Assembly: GCF_018350175.1 (NCBI RefSeq)
Contig: NC_058368.1
Location: 194,868,001 to 194,932,000, forward strand
Direction of reading: 5' to 3'
DNA: 64,000 nt
DNA from: Felis catus
Lineage: Eukaryota
The translations under genes were made by a program, and so were the position numbers. Under the pieces are notes generated by a model, which had not been told where the DNA came from, searched no databases, and saw only the letters and a list, made by a program, of their open reading frames with translations. Positions 51,911-61,062 of this stretch are shown one piece after another. Position 1 is the first letter of the stretch. Each line of letters begins with the position of its first letter.

Positions 51911-53973
51911 GAGGGCCAAGCTGGGGCAAGCAGAAGCTGCGTCCAGACATCGGGACTGCACTGATACCTATTCCAGAAAGCTGGGCCTGGGCACCTGACC
52001 CCCAGGAGCAGCCGCTGGCCCCTCAGGATCCCTGGCCTTGGCCCCGTGAGCCATCCCAGGCCTGGGCGAGGGTCCTGGCAGGCTAGCGCTGCCCTCCACT
52101 GGGACCCAAGAAATGGCATCCGAGCAATGCCCAGGTCCTCCCAGGCAGGAGTGTGAAGAGACTGCCCCATCTGCTACTTCGGAGGAGTAGGTAGCCTGGG
52201 ACACCAAGGAGGTTTTCCGCAGCTATGTTTTTCACCATTAGCAGCAGGAGCAGGAGGCTGAGGGGGCAGCTGTGCCTACTGACCCAGAAATGGTCACCTT
52301 GCCCCTAGAACCTAGCAGCACCATGGGGCAGGTGGGTCGGCAACTCACCATCACTGGGGACAACATCAACCAGCGCTACGATTCAGAGTTCCAGGCCATG
52401 CTGCAGCGCCTGCAACCCACAGCAGAGAACGCCTATGATCTTTTCACCAAGATTGCCTCGAGTCGATTTGAGAGCGGCATCAACTGGGGCCGAGTGGTGG
52501 CTCTCCTGGGCTTTGGCTACCGCCTGGCCCTCGACATCTACCAGCACGGCCTGACTGGCTTTCTGGGCCGGGTGACCAAACTGGTGGTTGACGTCATGCT
52601 GCGTCACTGCATTGCCGGGTAGACTGCACAGAGGGGCAGCTGGGTGGCAGCCCTGAACTTGGGAAATGGCCCCATCCTGAACGTGCTGATAGTTCTGTCT
52701 GTGGTTCTGTTGGGCCAGTTCATGGTACGAAGATTCTTCAAATCATGACTCCCAGAGGGGCCCTTTGGGGTCCTAGCTGAGACCCTTGCCTGGGCTTCAG
52801 CCAAGCCTTCTCCCATCACCTCCCCCCTCCCTTACAGGGGTCCCCCTCAAGAATACAGAAGCTTTAGCAAGTGGGCACTCCAGCTTTGGGAGGGCCCTTG
52901 CCTGGGGGTCAGTCAGGCTGCCAGGGGTGCCCCAACATTGCACGGTGCTAATGGGCCCCCTCTCTGGGCCCCATCCTGTCAGAGAGGGGATATAGCCTTC
53001 TTCCTCAGCTCTCTGGGACACCCTCAGCCCTATCTATTGGGCACTGGGGAGATTCACAACTTGGGGAAGCAAGAGGCTGAGAGTCACTTCTCCCCTCAAA
53101 ATTTTTAACGGTTATATCTTTATGTAATACCCTTGGAAGGACCCTCCCCCCACCCATTCCCACCGATCTGCCCAAGCCACGAAGTCTGGGGTGTGGGGGT
53201 TAGTAGACTACCCTGTGTTCCCCAGGATTCAGCTGTTCTAGAAGATCAGAGCTCGATTGCTAGGCCTGGAGCCCAGTCCTGGCCCTTCCTAAGCTCTCCT
53301 CCTGCTCCCACTCCCCCCCCACCCCCACCCCATATCACATTTGCAGTGGACTCGCAGGGATTCTGGGCCTCGGTATGGGGTAGAGATGAAGTTGGGGGCA
53401 CGGACCAGGGCTGTCAGAACCTCATCAGCATCCCCCAAGCCCGCCTCCCAAGATCCTCAGTTCTCTCCCTTCCCCTCATCTATTACCACTTAAACCCAAC
53501 CTATTCACTACAAGTGAAGCCCACCCTGCCCCCATCACTCCAAATAAGGAAGGAGGGGTCTTGGGTAAGTGGAGTGCTGAGGTTCCCTCCTTGCCCAGGT
53601 ACAGAATTTGGTTTGTTATTGTCAGGGAAAGAGGGTAAGGAACTCATCTTGAGGTTTCTGAGAAAAGAGCTGTTAACGCCACTAGGAACCCCAAGGTTGG
53701 GATCTTCCCTCACGGCCCAGGTACAGTGTAATCTGGGGGTGTGGATGGGGAAACTGTGAGTACTTGAACTCTACCGCGACCCCCCACTCTCCACACTCTT
53801 CACCTGCCTAAGCCTCTCCTGTGGGTGGGGTGGGAATGCCTTGTCTATCTTGCACAGTCTAGAGGTTTGGGGGTAGATTAAGCCACATGCAGGGAGGGGA
53901 TGCAGACAGAGCCCACTGGCCAGCCCCCACCTTCTGAGTGTGTCTGAAATAAACTGCAATCTCTGAAAAAAAA
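51911..53973 (+). pseudogene. BAK1: BAK1 processed pseudogene (full-length retrocopy with 5' UTR, CDS 52113-52748, ~1.2 kb 3' UTR, poly-A)
   Basis: Intronless 211-codon frame MASEQCPGPPRQECEE...GRQLTITGDNINQRY...NWGRVVALLGFGY...LGQFMVRRFFKS*. Premature TAG at 52188, 52239 and 52620. AATAAA at 53948-53953, A-tract from 53966, TSD AAGCCAGAA at 51902-51910 and 53974-53982. Confidence 0.96.
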
Positions 53974-54383
53974 AAGCCAGAAAAAAAATTAAACAAAAAA
54001 ATGCGAGTTGAGAGCAAAAAGAAAAGGAGGGAAAAGAAAGAATAGAAAACAAAGATACATAATATAGAAAATATTTTAAAGCTGGTTGTTTGAAGTGACC
54101 AAAAAAATGGCTGATCCCCTAGAAAGAACAATCAAGAAAAAAGAAGTACAAATTATTGTATGACAGACAAGAAGACATCACTACAGATTCTAGAGACTAA
54201 CAATGTAGGAGGATTATGGCAATTTTATGCAAATAAATGTGAAAAATCATATTAAATGGACACGTGCCTAGGAAAAAAATGCAACTTACTAAAACCACCA
54301 CAAGAAGTATCAATCTTAACAGCCCTATATCTATTAAATAAATTGAATCTGTAAATAAAAACTTTCCACTAAGAAACCTCCAG

Positions 54384-54575
54384 AAAAAAAAAAGAGAGAG
54401 GGGGAGAGCCAAACCATAAGAGACTCTTAAAAGCTGAGAATAAACTGAGGGTTGATGGGGAGTAGGAGGGAGGGAAGGGTGGGTGATGGGCATTGAGGAG
54501 GGCACCTGTTAGGATGAGCACTGGGTGTTGTATGGAAACCAATTTGACAATAAATTTCATATATATATAAAAAAG
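54384..54575 (+). mobile_element. L1_Fc-type 3' tail
   Basis: TSD GAAACCTCCAG at 54373-54383 and 54576-54586. Confidence 0.92.
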
Positions 54576-55818
54576 GAAACCTCCAGGCCCATATGGCTTC
54601 ATCAATGAACACTTCCAAACATTTTAAAAAGAACTAACACCAAATCTTATATAGATGTTTCTAAGGAATAGAAAAGAGAAAACATTTGCAACTTGTGAAG
54701 AAGCTACCACAATCTTTATACCAAAACCTGAAAAAGACATTTTTAAAAAGGAAAGTTATAGGTTAATGCCCTCTCATGAACGAAGATGACCTCGTTTAGC
54801 CAAAAGCAAGCAAAATAAAAGTAATAGAAATTAGAACAGCAGCTACCTTTGGCATGCAATGACTGGGAGGGAATGTGAGGTAGGCTTCGAGGGTGCTGGT
54901 AACGTTCTGTATCATTATATCGATAGCATCCGTTTTATGAGTAACTTAACAAAACTTATGCACTAATACATGTGTATTTCCATTTTAAATGGTTTTTAAA
55001 TATGTAATACAAGAATCGCCTTCAACCAACACTGATCATGACCCATTTGCCATAATTCCTAGCACAGAGAAGGTAGTTAATCAATATCTGTTAAAAACCA
55101 AATGAACAACTCTTTTAGTAGAGATGCAAAACCTCAGCACAGTGCCACACACACAGTTCGTGTGCAAAATATGTGTACTTTTTAAACGAATGAACCTCTG
55201 AGTGAAGGTATATCCTCTGCCAAGCCTTTTTCATGCCAAAACTCCTTGTGGAGGCAGTGAGAGACCCAACAAGAGGAACTAACTGGATAAACATGAAATA
55301 GGAGTTAAGGACAGACAGAGCAGAAAGTAGGAAAAAAGAGACTGAGAACGTTTGATGGAAAGATAGGAAAACAGCACAAGGAGATGATGAAAAGTCTCAC
55401 GTGGATGTCAAGCTGCTGGAACCCAGGATATACATATAGACTTGGCTGCAAAACTAAATTGGGGAGTCTCTGGGCAGAAAGCCAGGGGCTGATCAGTCTT
55501 GATATGAGGCCTTTCTTCTTCACTGATCCTACCTCCTCTTCCTTTATTCTAGGTCTCCGAATGAAGGGGTTAGGAGCCAGGACGTGAGAGATGGGAGTCC
55601 TGAGTTCTAGATCCTGCTTTGTGGGGATACCTTAGGCCAGTCATTCCAATTTCCTGGCTTCTGTGTGACTAATCAGAAAAATGGAAGGAAAGGTCTCTCA
55701 ATATTTTATGCATCCACTCCTTATGACTAAAAAATTCTCCCAGGGCCACTGAGATCTCCCAAGTACTTCTGAGGTCCCTTCTTTAAAGCACAGAAAACAT
55801 ACTGTTGCTTTGCAATTC

Positions 55819-55913
55819 AGAAGAAGAAGAAGAAGAAGAAGAAGAAGAAGAAGAAGAAGAAGGAGGAGGAGGAGAAGGGGAAGAGGAAGAGGAAGAGGAA
55901 GAAGAAGAAGAAG
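55819..55913. repeat. (GAA)n/(GGA)n polypurine tract
   Basis: About 95 nt of uninterrupted purines, read directly. Confidence 0.97.
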
Positions 55914-56589
55914 GTACCAAGTTCATTCTCCAAGTTGGGTTGGGAAAGGCTGGCAGTAGCCTCCAGCTCCTTGGAGGAAAGGCTTTTCCATAGTACTATT
56001 TGAAGACCCATATTCATCATAATACTTCAGCACAATTAGGCAAGCTGCTTAGTTGCTCCAAATATCTGTCTCTCTTTACAAAGTATCATTGAGGCCTGTC
56101 AAAGAAGTCTTGAGACGCCCAGACCTCTCCTCTGTGAATGTCATTATGGTCAGAGACTTGGCACTGTGTTAATTACATTAGCTGGTTCAGGCCTGCATAA
56201 TCTCACCTGATTAACACTATTCCTTCCTCTTTCTCTCTTCAGACCCTCTGCCTAAATCTTTTTGTTCTTCTTTCACTTATTCACTTATTCATCCTGGCAA
56301 GAAATATCTACTGAGCTCCTCCTATGTGCCAGGCACTGTGCAGGTGCTAAACATATCATCAAGAAGCCAGGTAAAGTCCCTTCCTTGTAGATTTCCTTTA
56401 CCTACCCTTCCCATGCCCTTCATCTTCGTGGGAGCAAAAAATGGTGGAAAGACCCTTCAGCTATAATTAGGTACCTGTATTCTTGTCCCAACTCTGCTAC
56501 TGGTCTAGGGGGTGAGTCACTGAACCTCTCTGGATATAATTTTCCTCTTCTGTAAATAAAAGTGTTGAACAAGAACAGTCTCTAAGACT

Positions 56590-57560
56590 CTCTCACATGG
56601 ACTTTTTTCAGTAGCTTCTAAGTAGTATCCTTGTTTTCATTTTGCCTCCTCCCTCCCTACACATTTTATTCTAAGCACAGTAGCCAGACTAATCTTGTTA
56701 AAATGTTAAGTCAGAACTTGTTACTCCTCTGCTCGAAACCCTCCAATGGGTCTCACTCAAAAGTGAACCCAAAGTCCTTACTATGCCCTGGAGGTAGTGT
56801 ATGCCCCAGCCCCCGAGCCTTCTCTAACCTGGTCCTCTCAACTTCACTCACTCCACCCAGGCACAATGGCCTCCTTGCTATTTCTCGCACACTCTAAGCA
56901 TATTTCCCTCTCAGACTCTTTACATTTGCTTTCTGCACTGCCTGGAAAGCTCTCCTTCCCCTCCCCCCTCCCCGAGGTTCACATGGCTCATTCCCTCACT
57001 TCCTTCAGTCACTTGTTCAAATGTTTTTCTTCTTTTCAGAAAGCACGCCCTGGTCTAACCACCCTATATAAAATAGTGCCTCTATATCACTCTCTGCCCT
57101 GAGACCACTTTCTTCTCTTTAATCCTTATGATTGCCTAATACATCATAAATTGCCTTTTCTTTTTTTTATCTTCTGTCTCCCTCCACCGGGAGATACACT
57201 CCATTAGAATGGGGATCTCTGGGGCGCCTGGGTGGCGCAGTCGGTTGAGCGTCCGACTTCAGCCAGGTCACGATCTTGCGGTCCGTGAGTTCGAGTCCCG
57301 CGTCGGGCTCTGGGCTGATGGCTCGGAGCCTGGAGCCTGTTTCCGATTCTGTGTCTCCCTCCCTCTCTGCCCCTCCCCCGTTCATGCTCCGTCTCTCTCT
57401 GTCCCACAAATAATTAAACGTTGAAAAAAAAATTAAAAAAAAAAAAAAGAATGGGGATCTCTACCTGTTTTGTTCCCTGCTATATCCCCATTCCCTAGCA
57501 CAGTGACTAACACATAGTAAATGCTCAATAAATATTTTGTGTCATTAATGAAAGAATGAA
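56590..57560 (+). mobile_element. L2 3' fragment
   Basis: CTCTGCTCGAAACCCTCCAATGG...CTAGCACAGTGACTAACACATAGTAAATGCTCAATAAATATT. Confidence 0.8.
57221..57447 (+). mobile_element. Young SINEC_Fc
   Basis: CpG-rich; perfect TSD AGAATGGGGATCTCT at 57206-57220 and 57448-57462. Confidence 0.96.
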
Positions 57561-58250
57561 TTGACTCTAGTAATAAGTCTCAGTATAGGTCAAAATGTAT
57601 TCATACTTGGAAGGGTTCAAATCTGGCTACCTATAACAGGCCACTCAAGTATTGGAATTAGGCTACACAGAATACTTATCATAAGAAATGCTGAAGCAAA
57701 CTCATTCCATTCCATTGAGATTTCTGTTTCATAGCATGGTAGTCACAATAAGATTAGACCTGAATGCCATTTCTTCTATGCAGCTTCTTGTGATGAGATG
57801 AAGGGATGTTATTCTCCCTGTTTGACTTAGGCCCAAAGAGATTTGGTCATTTACCCAACATCACCCAGCCTTTTTGAGGCAGAGATAAAATAAAAACATA
57901 AATCTCTGACCTCCAAGCCTGCAGGTAGTTTCGATAGTGACCTACAACAAGAGAGAAAGATCCGGGTATACCGCTTATGGGAATAAGAAATACACGAGAT
58001 ATGGGGTAAAAAGTGTAGATTCGCAACCATGAGGAGGTTTTCCCACTGAACCTCCAAAGTGATTTCATGTTCAGAAGTTCAAAGCACTGTTTCTCTTACA
58101 TATTGTCATATCCCCAAGGCCCAGCACACTCTTACTTCATGTATGCTGATTAAATAAAAGTAAGGGCCTACTAGAAAACAGGTGCCCCCAGGCAATAATT
58201 ACTCTCATCTCCAGAACAGCCCAAAGCCTTGGAGCCAGTCACACACACTA

Positions 58251-58278
58251 CAGCAGCAGCAGCAGCAGCAACAACAAC

Positions 58279-58323
<45 letters not shown>
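58251..58323. repeat. (CAG)n(CAA)n(CA)n compound microsatellite
   Basis: Read directly. Confidence 0.96.
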
Positions 58324-58324
<1 letters not shown>

Positions 58325-59879
58325 ACACCACATCCCTTCAAGGAAAAGAAAAAGTAACTTCTACATGCTGCATCCCACCTGCCCACACAATCGCTTCCTA
58401 GCCAGGTAAGGAACAAGCACAAAGTTGTGACATCACAGTTTGTTTCAGTACCTTCAGGGGTACAAAAATATCACAGATAGGTGCATACATATATGCCTTT
58501 GTGGACAGAGACCATTTACAAACACAAATGTGTAAATACACATATGCACCACACATTTGCTTCAGAATTAGGGTGGCTACGGATCACAAATCAATTTGTA
58601 CACACAGAAATATACACGTTTGTCTTGCCCAAGCTACTCACAAATGTACACAAATGCATTCACAAGGATAATATTTACGTCAAGGTATTACTGTGAGAAG
58701 TAGATGACATTATGGGAAGTGCACACTAGTACCTGATACGTAAAAAGCATGCTAGTAAAGGTTAGTGATAGATATGGGTAGGTAGGTAGGTAGATAGATA
58801 GATAGATAATATAAATTTTTATCAGACTCCTATGAAAATCCACCTTTAAAGCAAAATTTCCTTTTCAGTCACTACTCAAACTCATGGAAATTCTAAGCAG
58901 CCCATTACTGTTCCAGTGTGTGGAAGCCAATAAAAGAGAGTAATGTGGGGTGTGTAACAGTGGTGTGGGGGGTGGGGGTGGGGGAAATCCCTGTTGGTAG
59001 GAGGCTGGAGAACAAAGTTTTCCAGGCTTCTTCAGGGAGAAAGCCTGGGCTTGGAGAGACCTGAACTGTTAAGAACTATTCTAGGGAAAATCAACCTCCA
59101 AAAACTCAAAAGAAGGCATTCCTAATGCTGCTGAGAAAGAGGGAAGGGTTGTCCCCACTTGGTAGGCTAGGAGGGAGAGACCCCAGAGTCCCAGCCAGTT
59201 CAAATCAGCCAGAAAATCCTGCAAGGCTATAAATCCACTAAATTCTGGGAGCTTGGAGAAAATCTGATTAACTCCACCTCCCCAGCTGGGCTCTAGAGTG
59301 AAATCTATAGCTAGCTGGTTTCTGAGACTCAAATAAAATGGAAAGAGAGAAGCAGGAGGAAGAGAAAAAAGGAAGCAGGAGTGGTTAAGTACTAGATACC
59401 TGTGTGTATAGCTTGGCTCAATCATTGTTTTGGAACAAGACACAGCTCTCTTAGGCTCTGTTGCTGTAGCTTGTGAAATGTAAATAAAACTGTCTCCTGT
59501 CCTGTTGGAAGACTGCATATCTTCCTTATCTCCCCTAAGGGCTCCAACAGTGAGGCCAGGACTACTCCCTCTTGACCCTGGGAAGTGCTCAAGGAATTTC
59601 TCCTGTATTTTCCCATTGCAGTGGCCCAGGGGAAGAGAAGCGGTCTTTTATGGACCAGACGTCTTTTTGAAACCTCTCCTTTACTTCTGTACCAAATATT
59701 AAAACTTCAGAGCTCTAAAGAAACTCAGGGATCCGGTTCAATTCTTCCCTTTTAAGATGGTATGCTGAGCCCAGAGGCAGGTCCGAACTGGGACCCGTGG
59801 TGTTTGTTTTCCTCACATACAACTACATTCTTTAAATATCAAGGCAATATTTTAAGAGAACTCAAGAGATTAACTCCAT

Positions 59880-61006
59880 AATCTCCCCTACCCCACCGCC
59901 CGCTTGCAAAGGAAAGAAGAGTCGAGGATCTCGTCCAGCACTTTAAGCGTTAAACTCAACCTAGAGTCTAAAACGCGATTGGCCAAACACCGAGAAAAGA
60001 TCTGGTTTTCGCAGCCGTGGGCCAATGAGCACCTCGAGTGGGAGGGTTTGAAGATACTAAGGAGTTTTTCCCCCCTTTTTTTCCTCTCCACCCCCTCCCA
60101 TCGGCCTTCGCCCGCCCCCCTCCCAGCTCCCATGCCGCCAGTTTGTTAAATTAATGCAGTAAGAAAGTCTGAAGATCTGAGGGAGTCCTGGCCAAAGGAA
60201 GATGGGCGAGCTCAGAAAATCGAGATGCATCTGAAGCCCTGGGCTCCTCAGCCCCGCGGGGTCGCCATGGACCCTGACAGCCCCTGAAACTTGCCCTGAG
60301 CTCTCTCATGCCTGCAGCCCTGAGCAATGGGACACCTTTCCTGCAGCGATCATAACTTATTCGGCGGGGACCAGAGAACAGGGATCGCAAGGCGACAACA
60401 GACTCGCACGCAGGCAGGGAAACGAGATTACGGGACTCGGTCGCGATGCGCCAGCCTGGCACATTCTCCGGGATTTAACTGAAGGCAGCACCGTCAATCG
60501 CTTCCCCTGGCCCCTAGCCCCCTCAGGCCAGCCCAGGGGCATAAAGCCCTGCTCTCTCTACCCAAGATGCTCGCCCAATCTAACGGTCGGAGGCCAGCGC
60601 TCTGATCGCCACAGAAGATTTTTTTCCCTTGCATGGAGCTGGCCGTTTAAACAGAAAAACAGGGGTAAAAAAGAAAATATACCCACCCCCAAACGTGCCT
60701 CCCCAGCGCCGCAGGGAGCCAACAGACAAGCTGGAGTTTAACAAACAGCAATACTCTTCGCGCTCCTGAAAAGCAGGGCTGGACGCTCTCCGTGGTGCTG
60801 AAACGCTTCACGGCTGCCTCTGTCCGTGGTACCTACAGCCCCCTCGTTCCAATTTCCCCTGGGGCTCTCCCTCCGCGCCCCTGTTCTCCACCTCCCCTTA
60901 GCATCTGGATTATTTTTTCAATAGCGCTCGCTGGTTTTGTAAGTGCCAATTTGAAACATTTTTTACCCTCATAACTCGTGGACTACAAAGCACAAGGACC
61001 TGAAAA
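59880..61006 (+). promoter_or_regulatory. GLRA1: CpG-rich GLRA1 promoter and 5' UTR
   Basis: Sharp rise in CpG density in non-repeat sequence directly 5' of the ATG. ATTGG (~59978) and CCAAT (~60022) boxes and a GC box CCCGCCCCC (~60111). TSS cannot be determined from sequence; probably a few hundred bp upstream of the ATG. Confidence 0.8.
60782..60802 (-). promoter_or_regulatory. RE1/NRSE (REST-binding silencer)
   Basis: Reverse complement TTCAGCACCACGGAGAGCGTC versus consensus TTCAGCACCACGGACAGCGCC: 19/21 match, next to a neuron-specific gene. Confidence 0.92.
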
Positions 61007-61062
61007 ATGTACAGCTTCAATACTCTTCGACTCTACCTTTGGGAGACCATTGTATTCTTCAG
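61007..61062 (+). CDS. GLRA1: Glycine receptor alpha-1 subunit, coding part of exon 1 (signal peptide); the rest of the gene lies beyond the window
   Basis: ATG at 61007 translates MYSFNTLRLYLWETIVFF(S), matching the recalled GLRA1 N-terminus. The 56 coding nt end at a canonical donor AG|GTATGC (phase 2). Too short to appear in the ORF track. Confidence 0.97.

Larger units (their letters stand above)
48100..55000 (+). mobile_element. Ancient L1M remnant (5' region, ORF1, ORF2 and 3' pieces) hosting nested insertions
   Basis: Collinear decayed L1 motifs: ORF1-like 49780-50276 resuming at 51300; ORF2-like 51480-51910 resuming at 53974 and continuing to ~54780; 3' UTR-like to ~55000. Confidence 0.7.

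Noticed and set aside
52272..52622. Functional BAK1 gene
   Set aside because: Intronless, with three premature stops, poly-A and TSD: a processed pseudogene. The listed ORF start is a GTG.
53133..53759. 208-aa ORF, the longest in the track
   Set aside because: It lies in the GC-rich BAK1 3' UTR copy, starts at TTG and resembles no protein I recognise.
50277..53982. COA5 and BAK1 copies as a functional mitochondrial gene cluster or single chimeric insertion
   Set aside because: They have separate boundaries and TSDs, host L1 and a SINE lie between them, their levels of decay differ, and both CDSs are disabled.
55805..56020. Poly-E and poly-F ORFs
   Set aside because: Translations of the GAA tract.
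58171..58422. Poly-Q/HT ORF resembling a transcription-factor exon
   Set aside because: Microsatellite translation with no recognisable domain or splice context.
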